Source of the DNA: Bacteriovoracaceae bacterium
Lineage (GTDB): Bacteria; Bdellovibrionota; Bacteriovoracia; Bacteriovoracales; Bacteriovoracaceae
Length of the DNA: 64,000 nt
Direction of reading: 5' to 3'
NCBI GenBank assembly: GCA_041586955.1
Contig: JBFGZE010000006.1
Coordinates: 1-64,000, forward strand
The translations under genes were made by a program, and so were the position numbers. Positions within the stretch are counted from its first letter, which is position 1. Each line of letters starts with the position of its first letter. Below the pieces are notes generated by a model. The model ran no database searches. It was not told the origin of the DNA and worked only from the letters and a program-made list of their open reading frames with translations. Below, piece after piece: positions 30,305 through 39,008 of this stretch.

Positions 30305-31627
30305 TTATAGTACGGAAAGAATTTCCCTCCACCCCTTTTGGTAATCAACCTTAATATGTTTTTCTTTCTTCACGGTAACGGCACCGGCCCTCCCCTTAAC
30401 ACCTTTCAAATTTTTGGCCTCAGTGTAAATCAATGGTAATTCTGTCATTGTTAACTCGCTATAGTCTCGCAACAAGGAACCCACAAGAGTTAATATTTCA
30501 TATAATTGGGCCTTGTTTTCTATTTCTATGAATGCATGACCACTTGTATAACCCTCGAGGTGAACCCATATCGACTTTTTAAGGCCTTTTATCTGGCGCA
30601 GCTGATCATTTTCATGAGCATTCCTTCCAACCCATATTCTGGTCCCATTATACGACCAAACCTCTCCCGTATTTGTCTTGAGCGTTACTTTTTTAATCTT
30701 ATTTTTTTTCTCAATACCCCAGACTGGTGTAATGACTTTGCAGCTTTCTATTTTTAAAGTGTGATTATTTTGCTTATCAAATGCTGCAATTTTTTGAGTG
30801 ATAATTTCTTCCGCGGCCTTCAGCCGTTTTAATTTTTGAAAAACGATGTCTTTTTTCTGATACAGATTATGGTTTTTTTTAAATTTAAACTTAATGCCTT
30901 TCACGATAATGTTTTGTGGCTCCAAATCAATATTTTCAGCGATAAGATCTTTTTGAATTTGTTTCCATTGTTTAACTTTTAATAGGTCTTTCTTTAAAAA
31001 ATTTATTTTGCGATCTTTTTTTTTCTTTTTTTTATTAAACACTAATTCATTTTTATTTTTAATCGTTTCAATATATGTATTGAAGTCAAAAACCGGCCCT
31101 CCCCTATTTTTTCGCTTAGGCTCAATCCCAATCTTATCTGCAAAAATATAACTGAATGGGTTCATTGCATATTCATCTAGGTCCAGAGTATTTTTACGAT
31201 TTTCCCATAGCGCATAGTAAATGTTTTCATTTAAATCAACCCAAGCATAATAGGTATTCCTCCCCTTCCACAGGATCAATACATCTAATTTCTTGGTTTT
31301 ACTTTTTAAGTGAAAACAAACTGCTCGCTCATTCTCTAGGGCCGTTATTTTTAATAATGCTTTATTTCTAAAGTGTTTTTTAACAAGGTCTCGAAATTTA
31401 TCCTGAACTCTCACTTGTGTAGGTATTTGTTCGCTCGCTGGCCACAGTCCTTCATAACCTGCTCCTCTACCCAGGCATAAATAATTACTTTCCCCTGGAA
31501 AGCGTATGCTTAACGTAAGGAAATGGGGCGTTGAGTAAACCCTTTGAATTTTGGGAATAAACTTTTCTTTAATTTTGCTATTAAATTTGTGCGCAATATT
31601 ATAAATTTCTAGACTAGAGGTAATCAT
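30305..31627 (-). CDS. rqcH: NFACT/RqcH (FbpA-family) ribosome quality-control protein, shortened and divergent
   Basis: NFACT-N-like KIQRVYS..LTLSIR and NERAV. C-terminal NFACT-R motif IWVGRNAHEND...IWVHLEGYTSGHAFI...KGRAGAV. Confidence 0.8.
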   Translation of the reverse strand: MITSSLEIYNIAHKFNSKIKEKFIPKIQRVYSTPHFLTLSIRFPGESNYLCLGRGAGYEGLWPASEQIPTQVRVQDKFRDLVKKHFRNKALLKITALENERAVCFHLKSKTKKLDVLILWKGRNTYYAWVDLNENIYYALWENRKNTLDLDEYAMNPFSYIFADKIGIEPKRKNRGGPVFDFNTYIETIKNKNELVFNKKKKKKDRKINFLKKDLLKVKQWKQIQKDLIAENIDLEPQNIIVKGIKFKFKKNHNLYQKKDIVFQKLKRLKAAEEIITQKIAAFDKQNNHTLKIESCKVITPVWGIEKKNKIKKVTLKTNTGEVWSYNGTRIWVGRNAHENDQLRQIKGLKKSIWVHLEGYTSGHAFIEIENKAQLYEILTLVGSLLRDYSELTMTELPLIYTEAKNLKGVKGRAGAVTVKKEKHIKVDYQKGWREILSVL

Positions 31628-33971
31628 GAACACTAAACCCCAATTTATTTCTTCTTTAAATTGTATTCGAAATATAGGAATACCTCAATTAACCCAAGAG
31701 TTACAAAGTTATTGTCGATTAAATTTTAGTAAAGAGCACGTGCTTAGCGAGGACTTTTTTCGAAGCTGGGATGAAATTTTAGTATTTTATCGCATTTTGG
31801 AAAATGATAACATAAAAGAGTTGCAGCAGACTTTGACTAACACCTTGGGTATTCAAGGTGATCATAATTTAATAATGATTATCAAATCTAAACTTAACGA
31901 TGACGAATTGTTAAGTTTTCCAGAAATTTTTATATTTACTCAGCTTCTTCATAATTTTTTTACACTTAAAAAGCATCCATTCAAGAGTCTTTTTGAAGAC
32001 TTTTTAAATTTTAAAATATTAGAAGAAGAAACAGTTCCAGATTCATTATTACTTTCTATAAATTACTTTAATGATGAAGGGGAGTTTCAATTTCATAAAC
32101 ATCCTCAATTTAAAAATCTCAACCTCCAATTAATTACGAATGAAAACAAAATTCGAGAAATTATTATTCACGCACGAGCTGACAGTATATTTAAATCCTC
32201 TTTACGTGATTATGATTTTGATTACCTAGGAGGAAGGGCCTGCTTACCAGTTCATTCTGGTAAGTATAATAAAAAGATGGGGAATATCAGAGGACATTCC
32301 AACTCTGGAAACACGCTCTTTGTAGAACCAGACTCCCTTTCGGATTTAAACCAAGAACATGTCGATATTTTACGGGAAATAGAACATTTAAAATTTAAAA
32401 TTCTTATTGAACTTTACGAAGACATTAAGCACCTTATTCCCAAGTTTCCCGAGATTATCAATTTTTACAAAAGAAGTGATATTCTCCAGTCAAAAATTAA
32501 TTATCATTTGAGTCATAATTATTGCATTCCCCAAATTGAAGAAAATAATGGGATAGAATTTACAAACCTTTCCTTTCCTTTCATAAATAATTGCGTTCCC
32601 AATGATTTTAATTTGGATAAACGATTAAAGGCATCCTTAATTACTGGTAAAAATGGGGGAGGGAAGTCAATCTATTTAAAAGGTATCAGTTTTATATTGT
32701 TCTCCTGTACCCATGGCCTTCCCTGTCCCTCATCGCAAGTTAAGCTTCCATTTTTTAATCGAGTCACTTTTATAAGTGGCAGCAATGATTCTTTTATCAA
32801 CGGAGAGAGTTCCTTTGTTCACGAGTCGACACAAATCATCCATCATATTCACAATGCAAAAGAAAACGATTTTCTTATCGTCGATGAGGTTTTTAGTTCC
32901 ACAGATACTGACGAAGCCTCACTTTTGGCCTACCAAGTTATTAAAAAATGTATCTCCATAAATTCCTACTCCCTTTTTTCGACCCATCACGGGAAGCTTA
33001 AAAACTTTTGTTTTCTTAGAAATGACATAGATATTTTGAAAGTTACCTCGGATGACGATATCACCGGTCAAAAGTTTAAAGTCACTCGCGGCGCCCCTGG
33101 TCAAAGTAACGCTATATCAACGTTCCAAAAAATAGAATTCAAAATACTTGGCAGTGATAATCTCTCCCAACAGGCAAATGCACAACTTTCTCAAGCGGAC
33201 AAAGAATCATACTCTATCATGGATGATCTATTACGTAAGCAAAACGAAATAACCCGTGAAAAGAGTGATATTGATAAGCTTAAGAAAGAGCTTATACAAA
33301 AAATCAGTCAAGCCGAAAATGATCAAGAGATTATAAAAATTCAATTTAAAGAAAAATATAAACGCAAAATGGATAAGCTAATCGCTCTGGCCAATAAACA
33401 GCTAAATGAAATAAGCTCACAAACTCCTAAAAACGCCCGTAAAAAAGTTGATGCCATTAACACCATCAAAAATCAAATCGGGGAGAGAGAGTCGTGGACT
33501 CCTGGAGAAGTCAATTCAGTAAACAATTCAGCATCACTTCATATCCCAGAAATTGGTGACCAAATACGCTGCAAAGTTTTAAATAGAGAAGGAATAGTCA
33601 TCGCAGTTAAAAATAATAAAATCAAGGCCCAATTTGGAAAAATTACATCATATACAAGTAATTTTGAGGTCATTAAGGCCCGTGTAAAGGCCCCGAAAAA
33701 AGTCAATATTCATGTTTGTAAACCTTCTCGTAGTATGATTTCGTATGATATGCGCGGTAAAAGAAGTGAAGAAATGATAAAATTATTTCTCGATATACTC
33801 TTCGATTTGCGCAGTGAAGAAATACCATTCGTCGACATAATTCACGGCCACGGAACAGGCGCATTAAAAAAGGCCCTTTATGATGAGGCCAAAGGTCATC
33901 CTGATATCGATATTAATTTTTTAGAAGGAAATGATGGTTGTAGTCGTGTTCAGCTTAAAAAATCATTTTAA
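31626..33971 (+). CDS. mutS2: MutS2-family ATPase with KOW and Smr domains
   Basis: SNSGNTLFVEP, ITGKNGGGKS Walker A, LIVDE Walker B, STHH, coiled coil, IGDQI KOW, and Smr DMRG...IIHGHGTGALK. Confidence 0.9.
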   Translation: MNTKPQFISSLNCIRNIGIPQLTQELQSYCRLNFSKEHVLSEDFFRSWDEILVFYRILENDNIKELQQTLTNTLGIQGDHNLIMIIKSKLNDDELLSFPEIFIFTQLLHNFFTLKKHPFKSLFEDFLNFKILEEETVPDSLLLSINYFNDEGEFQFHKHPQFKNLNLQLITNENKIREIIIHARADSIFKSSLRDYDFDYLGGRACLPVHSGKYNKKMGNIRGHSNSGNTLFVEPDSLSDLNQEHVDILREIEHLKFKILIELYEDIKHLIPKFPEIINFYKRSDILQSKINYHLSHNYCIPQIEENNGIEFTNLSFPFINNCVPNDFNLDKRLKASLITGKNGGGKSIYLKGISFILFSCTHGLPCPSSQVKLPFFNRVTFISGSNDSFINGESSFVHESTQIIHHIHNAKENDFLIVDEVFSSTDTDEASLLAYQVIKKCISINSYSLFSTHHGKLKNFCFLRNDIDILKVTSDDDITGQKFKVTRGAPGQSNAISTFQKIEFKILGSDNLSQQANAQLSQADKESYSIMDDLLRKQNEITREKSDIDKLKKELIQKISQAENDQEIIKIQFKEKYKRKMDKLIALANKQLNEISSQTPKNARKKVDAINTIKNQIGERESWTPGEVNSVNNSASLHIPEIGDQIRCKVLNREGIVIAVKNNKIKAQFGKITSYTSNFEVIKARVKAPKKVNIHVCKPSRSMISYDMRGKRSEEMIKLFLDILFDLRSEEIPFVDIIHGHGTGALKKALYDEAKGHPDIDINFLEGNDGCSRVQLKKSF

Positions 33972-34679
33972 CTCAATCAAAACCCGATTTTTTCTCAATC
34001 CAAATTCCTTATTAAAACCTGGTAAACGAAATGATAGAATGATTCGGTTTGGTTGGCCAATAATCTCATCTTCATTAACAAAACCCCAAAATCTTGAGTC
34101 ATGTGAATAATCGCGGTTGTCACCCATTACAAAGTAAGTACTTGCAGGAACAACTTTCTCTTCAAATGTATTTTTAAATACATTTTTCTTATCGATTGCT
34201 ATTCTAAACTCTTTTTCAGCTGCAATCTTTTCAAAAAAATACTGTAGTTGATAATTTTTAATTCGATCATCCACTTCATTATCGTCAAACTGAAGTGAGC
34301 GTCGGGTTAGTGCTTGATCATTAATAAATACCTGCTTATTACGAATCGATATTTTATCACCAGGAATCGCCATAACTCTTTTTACATAGGTCATTTCTCT
34401 ATTTAAGGGAAATTTAAAAACGATAATATCTCCGCGCTTAGGACGAGACCACTTCCCGAGATACCTTTCCTTAATAGGAAATATTTTAGCAAGCGTATCA
34501 ATAAAGGGGGGCTGGAATCCAAATGCCAATCTATTTACCGAGATGATATCTCCTACGAGTAAGTTAGGAACCATGGAACCCGATGGGATTTTATATAGTT
34601 CAATAAAGGAGCTTTTAACGACCAAAAGGAGAAGTAATGTTAAAAAAATATATTTTGATTCTTTAATTATTCTTTTCAT
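33963..34679 (-). CDS. lepB: signal peptidase I
   Basis: IPSGSMVPNL catalytic Ser, YVKRV Lys, GDNRDYSHDSRFWGFV. Start moved to ATG 34679. Confidence 0.95.
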   Translation of the reverse strand: MKRIIKESKYIFLTLLLLLVVKSSFIELYKIPSGSMVPNLLVGDIISVNRLAFGFQPPFIDTLAKIFPIKERYLGKWSRPKRGDIIVFKFPLNREMTYVKRVMAIPGDKISIRNKQVFINDQALTRRSLQFDDNEVDDRIKNYQLQYFFEKIAAEKEFRIAIDKKNVFKNTFEEKVVPASTYFVMGDNRDYSHDSRFWGFVNEDEIIGQPNRIILSFRLPGFNKEFGLRKNRVLIELK

Positions 34680-35652
34680 TGCGAATATAATCTTGGAAAA
34701 TCCATTTTGCAAATTCGGTAGACTTGGAGAACCATCGACCATTATTAATTTGCATCACTGCCAACGCAACTCCTTTCCCAGTTTCTCTATTTTTAAGAAA
34801 ACCAACAAACCAATCCCTTTTACCAAATGGCAAACCACCAGTAATGGTACCTGTCTTACCGCCCATTTGATGAGATACACGATGGCGAAGGTAAAAACGT
34901 CTAAAAACTTTTCTTGCAGTACCACTCGAAACGGTTTTCTCCATCAAGCTAACAAGATCATCTTTCGTGTTCTGATCCAAAAAAGTGCCTTCATTCTTAG
35001 GATGGTTCTTAGATAAAAAAGGGATATTCAATAAGGCCGCATGATAAATACTAATTAGAACTTCGCGGTTAAAACCGCTGGCAATTTCAGCTAAATGATA
35101 TTTATCGACTGGAAAGGGGAGGTAAGATAGTACATTGGACCTCGAACTCAGCTTTTGGCCAAAACCAAAGCCCTTAGCAATGTCTAGTAATTCATCAGGT
35201 AATAAATATTGCTGTGCGAGCTTCCCAAAGGCCACGTTATTAGACGTTCCGAAAGATTTTATCAAGCTTGTTTTTCTAACCCATTTTTTACTTTTTCTTT
35301 CTTTTAATTGATATTTATAAAGGGTTGTTCTTTTTCCAACAAACTCAACCTCTTCATCTTTAGTAAAATTTTTGTTTTGTAATAAAGCGGCACTCGTAAT
35401 AATTTTAAAAATGCTTGCAGCTGGATGAGTTGCCTCAAATAAATGAGACTCTGATGCATCTCTCCTATTTTTATAACTTAATTTTTTAATTATTTTTTTA
35501 GACTCTAAGTCTATAATAATAGCTCCAAGATAGTTTGGGCTTCTTCTCTTTATTTTACGAATTAAAGAAGGAGAGGGGATATACTCCGCGAAACACAACG
35601 AGGAAGTGAACAGAGCTAATATTAAAATTAGTTTTCCCCTATTCTCCAACAT
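34663..35652 (-). CDS. exported penicillin-binding protein transpeptidase-domain protein
   Basis: Signal peptide plus SxxK (ASIFK), SxN (SNN) and KTG (GGKTGT). No dimerisation or transglycosylase domain. Confidence 0.85.
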   Translation of the reverse strand: MLENRGKLILILALFTSSLCFAEYIPSPSLIRKIKRRSPNYLGAIIIDLESKKIIKKLSYKNRRDASESHLFEATHPAASIFKIITSAALLQNKNFTKDEEVEFVGKRTTLYKYQLKERKSKKWVRKTSLIKSFGTSNNVAFGKLAQQYLLPDELLDIAKGFGFGQKLSSRSNVLSYLPFPVDKYHLAEIASGFNREVLISIYHAALLNIPFLSKNHPKNEGTFLDQNTKDDLVSLMEKTVSSGTARKVFRRFYLRHRVSHQMGGKTGTITGGLPFGKRDWFVGFLKNRETGKGVALAVMQINNGRWFSKSTEFAKWIFQDYIRNEKNN

Positions 35653-36235
35653 AACTTTTCCCTATAACGAAAAACTCCTTACTGACAGCTCTCGTTGATT
35701 TTGGTTTTAGGTAATGAATGGCCTTAAATTTCTTTTTTTGATCCCTCAAAAAGCTTTGAGCTCCATTACTGTCAAATACTTTAATGACCAAATCACCGCC
35801 TTGCTTTAATAATACCGGTAATTTTTCGAATACCATTTCGACAAGAAGTAAGCTTCTATCCTGATCCACTGATCTTATGCCTGTTGTGTTAGGTGCCATA
35901 TCTGAAATCACAACATCAAATGGCTTTTCTTCACCAAAAAACTCATAGTTCTCAAGATCATTAATATCATGTTCGTATAAGCTAACATTTTTTAAGGCAA
36001 CTAGTTTTTTATTAACAGGCTTTATGTCGATACCGTAGGCCCGCCCTTTGGGGCCTATCACCTTAGCAGTATATTGCATCCAAGAACCTGGGTGATAACC
36101 CAGATCAAGGACAGTGTTGTTTTTTGATAAAATTTTAAATTTTTTATCTATCTCTTCTAATTTATAAACACTTCGTGCCAAAAAATTCTCTTTCTTGGCC
36201 TTATCGTAATAATGGTCTTTAACTTTGAAAGACAT
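35639..36235 (-). CDS. rlmE: 23S rRNA Um2552 methyltransferase
   Basis: ARSVYKLEEID, DLGYHPGSW, SDMAPNTTG, KVF and KPKSTR.S.EFF motifs. Confidence 0.95.
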   Translation of the reverse strand: MSFKVKDHYYDKAKKENFLARSVYKLEEIDKKFKILSKNNTVLDLGYHPGSWMQYTAKVIGPKGRAYGIDIKPVNKKLVALKNVSLYEHDINDLENYEFFGEEKPFDVVISDMAPNTTGIRSVDQDRSLLLVEMVFEKLPVLLKQGGDLVIKVFDSNGAQSFLRDQKKKFKAIHYLKPKSTRAVSKEFFVIGKSYVGE

Positions 36236-36992
36236 GAAATACCTCTGACCTTTCTTGTAGCGACTTTAACTTCTTTTCCGAGCACCATATTAATGGGCCA
36301 ATTATTCTTTTACTACCTAGATGTTTTACAATTCCCCTTTCATTAAAGCATAAAACTTTATTCCGTTCAGCTATAATAGTACCAGCTGCGATATCCCATA
36401 TGTTTTTTGGAGTTTTACTTAGAACAAAGTCACAAGAACCGGTTGCTAGCAAGCCTAATTTGAAAGCGATACTTCCCTTAGGAATAAAAGAAATATCATT
36501 CGTATCAGCACCATTAAATAGGCCTTTTCGATAATCACTCCGGGATATCATTCCCATATAAGGAGGAGGTGTTTCCTCTAAGAAAAAGTTTGGCATGGCA
36601 TGCTCAGACAAAGCTTCAAAACCTGTGAAAGGGTTATATATCCATCCAACATTTTGCTGGTGACTTATATCTGGTGCCATCATAAAAGCAAGACTAATCG
36701 AACACTCTGGGATTCTTCTAGCGAGCTGGGCGGTTCCATCAATCGGATCTAAAATAATTGCCGGAAAAGTTAATTCACCATGATCTTCCTCAGAATAAAA
36801 AGACCAACCATCAAACTCTCCTATTCCGGCCAGAACCTCTTTAACTATATTTGAAATCAAAAAATCCACAGAGGTCACAAGAGTATTATCTTGTTTTTTT
36901 TCAACAGAGAAGCACCCATTGAAAACACCCGGTAATTGTTCTACTAGGGCCACTTTGACTTCATTTATGGCCCTGATCATCGCTAAATTCAT
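36219..36992 (-). CDS. inositol monophosphatase / CysQ-family phosphatase
   Basis: LVTSVD, SEE, LDPIDGT, GSIAFK and WDIAAG motifs. Start moved to ATG 36992. Confidence 0.88.
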   Translation of the reverse strand: MNLAMIRAINEVKVALVEQLPGVFNGCFSVEKKQDNTLVTSVDFLISNIVKEVLAGIGEFDGWSFYSEEDHGELTFPAIILDPIDGTAQLARRIPECSISLAFMMAPDISHQQNVGWIYNPFTGFEALSEHAMPNFFLEETPPPYMGMISRSDYRKGLFNGADTNDISFIPKGSIAFKLGLLATGSCDFVLSKTPKNIWDIAAGTIIAERNKVLCFNERGIVKHLGSKRIIGPLIWCSEKKLKSLQERSEVFHVFQS

Positions 36993-37014
36993 TATTATGC
37001 TGTTTCTCTTGTTT

Positions 37015-37196
37015 TTATCCACATCTATTGCAAAGTTATCCACATTTTAAAAAAAGCCGACTATCCTTTTCAGACTTTTTCGCTTTTATTTAAAACATTT
37101 ATAAAATCAGGCACTTATACGAAGCACGGTGCGTAAAAAATTTTTTTTTAATTATTCTATCTCATGTTTTCCACAAAAACCCAAACTTTATTCACA
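37015..37196 (+). promoter_or_regulatory. DnaA-box cluster with central IHF-consensus site (datA/DBC-like)
   Basis: TTATCCACA at 37015 and 37036, TTTTCCACA at 37167, TTATTCACA at 37188, all in the same orientation. AATCAGGCACTTA (WATCARN4TTR) at 37105-37117. Confidence 0.75.
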
Positions 37197-37331
37197 TTTT
37201 TATTTTTTTCTAACTTATGATCACCTGAAGCATAAGGCCCCATCGCCCCTATTGGTAGGCTATCCGGATTGTAAACAAGATAAACCTTACACTTCACCAT
37301 GTTTTCTTACCCAGTTCTCGGCCAAAATTAT

Positions 37332-38870
37332 TTAATTGACCAAACGATAAAAAATCTTTAGGCGGCCCTCGATGTGGCTATCCAGTAAGCAAATCAAAAT
37401 ATAAACTAAATAAATCATATTTCTTCTAGAGCGTAAGCGTGAAATCGACTGAAATAAAATTTCTAATGGTATTAGGCTTAAAAAGACAAGCTTCCATAAT
37501 AAGTTAAACCCAATAATAAAATTCAGATCAAATAAAATTCCTATTATAAACTCCAGGCCAATCGCTAGGAATAATAACTTAAGTTGTTCTTCATTAAAGG
37601 GAAGATCCAATTTTTCTTTAAAGAAAAGACCTATTACCGTGACTAAAACTCCAAAAGCGCTTAAATTTAAAAATGCTTTGCGGTCCAATAGCTTTATTAA
37701 ATCTTTAAAAAACAATTGCAAATTGACTGAGATATCTGTGGTACTTGGCAAGTCGAAAGCAAATAAGGACATGGCCAGAGAGATAACGATACCGAAAAGA
37801 GCATATTTTAAAAATTGCTTCTTGTACCAATTGGTTTTATTTTTAAATGATTTTCGCAAAATAATAATCAATTGAAGAATAATAGGTATGATGAATAGTT
37901 TATTAAACAACGCTCCGAGAAGGCCATATACGCCCTGAAAAAGCCCTGCTCGATATGTACCGGATTTAATCAAAAAATAAAAGGCCCATACCCATATCAC
38001 GGAATACGTATTTCCAAATGCAACACCAACATTATTGACGAGGATTTTCGAAAAACTCCAGCTGGTTAAGCAACAAAAAACTCCGAGGATTGAAAGCCGC
38101 CTTGAAACAAAGATACGCAATAAAGCATAGAAAGACCCAAGATAAAGGCCCATCCCAATTACGTAGAAATTAAGATTAATGGCGTGATTAAATAACCCAG
38201 GGTATTTCCAAAATGGAATATAATTCACCTCGAGATAGTTCCAATAAAAAGATGACATCATGCCCGAAACATTCAGTCCCAGTTTTAACGATTCAAGATT
38301 AGGAACTACATGATAATGAGGGATACTTATAAAAAAGATTGAAAAGATGAGGAAAACAATTGTTTTTTCAAAATTATCAAGATAGCCAAATTCGCTAAAA
38401 TTGGAGGAAACGGATTCTTGAATTATTTTCCCCCTGGTGGGCCACGAATAAAAAATCCCTAAACCAATCCAAAAAACCCAATAAAAATTATAGGACCACT
38501 TAAATGGTAGAAGATAGAAAAGGTTAAAGATAAAAATTGTAAAGACCTTACCGATGATGACTCGATAGAGAATTCGATCAAAGGATGAATTCACACGATA
38601 ATAAATCTTAAGACGATGATCAACTTCCTTTCCTAAAAGAAACCACTGACTGACACAAAAGAATATGTAGAGAATCATGACTCCGACTTGGGTAATGGTC
38701 TCTAAGCTGAGAGTTTTTTGGGCCCAAATGGGAAAAAGAAAGAAAAAGAAATAGGTTAGGACTCGATTAACAAAAAATTTTGTTTTCGCCTTTACAATAT
38801 CCGAGCTCTTTACTGTATTATTTTGTAACATAAAAACCTTAAGAAAATTTGCCCTCATATCATATCGCAT
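37332..38870 (-). CDS. polytopic membrane protein, possibly GT-C-fold glycosyltransferase-like
   Basis: About 12-14 aromatic-rich hydrophobic segments. Divergent from fliD. Start uncertain. Confidence 0.6.
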   Translation of the reverse strand: MRYDMRANFLKVFMLQNNTVKSSDIVKAKTKFFVNRVLTYFFFFLFPIWAQKTLSLETITQVGVMILYIFFCVSQWFLLGKEVDHRLKIYYRVNSSFDRILYRVIIGKVFTIFIFNLFYLLPFKWSYNFYWVFWIGLGIFYSWPTRGKIIQESVSSNFSEFGYLDNFEKTIVFLIFSIFFISIPHYHVVPNLESLKLGLNVSGMMSSFYWNYLEVNYIPFWKYPGLFNHAINLNFYVIGMGLYLGSFYALLRIFVSRRLSILGVFCCLTSWSFSKILVNNVGVAFGNTYSVIWVWAFYFLIKSGTYRAGLFQGVYGLLGALFNKLFIIPIILQLIIILRKSFKNKTNWYKKQFLKYALFGIVISLAMSLFAFDLPSTTDISVNLQLFFKDLIKLLDRKAFLNLSAFGVLVTVIGLFFKEKLDLPFNEEQLKLLFLAIGLEFIIGILFDLNFIIGFNLLWKLVFLSLIPLEILFQSISRLRSRRNMIYLVYILICLLDSHIEGRLKIFYRLVN

Positions 38871-39008
38871 TCACTTATGAGTCGGGAATTTAATTTATTT
38901 AAAGTCCTAACTTGCTCACGAATCAGAAAATACTGCCATCGGCAACCCGCCGCGTCTAAAGATGCTAATATAAGCCTGACCCTATTGTCTAAACTCCAGG
39001 AGGAATAA

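Noticed and set aside
36993..37043. N-terminal extension MDNFAIDVDKNKRNSII of the IMPase ORF
   Set aside because: The GTG start is part of a DnaA box and the extension is translated regulatory DNA. ATG 36992 is more plausible.
37015..37300. Calling the DnaA-box cluster oriC
   Set aside because: No dnaA, dnaN, gidA or rpmH nearby. The + strand looks C-rich on both sides by eye and there is only a weak trio-like TAATAATGA run. Kept as an alternative, not as the call.
37129..37335. 68-aa plus-strand ORF
   Set aside because: Overlies the DnaA boxes and poly-T tracts, has no SD and no protein-like features.
38880..39008. Riboswitch or sigma28 promoter in the GC-richer fliD leader
   Set aside because: Only a small TGCC/GGCA hairpin. 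No c-di-GMP riboswitch consensus, and TAAAG..CACGAAT has the wrong spacing.
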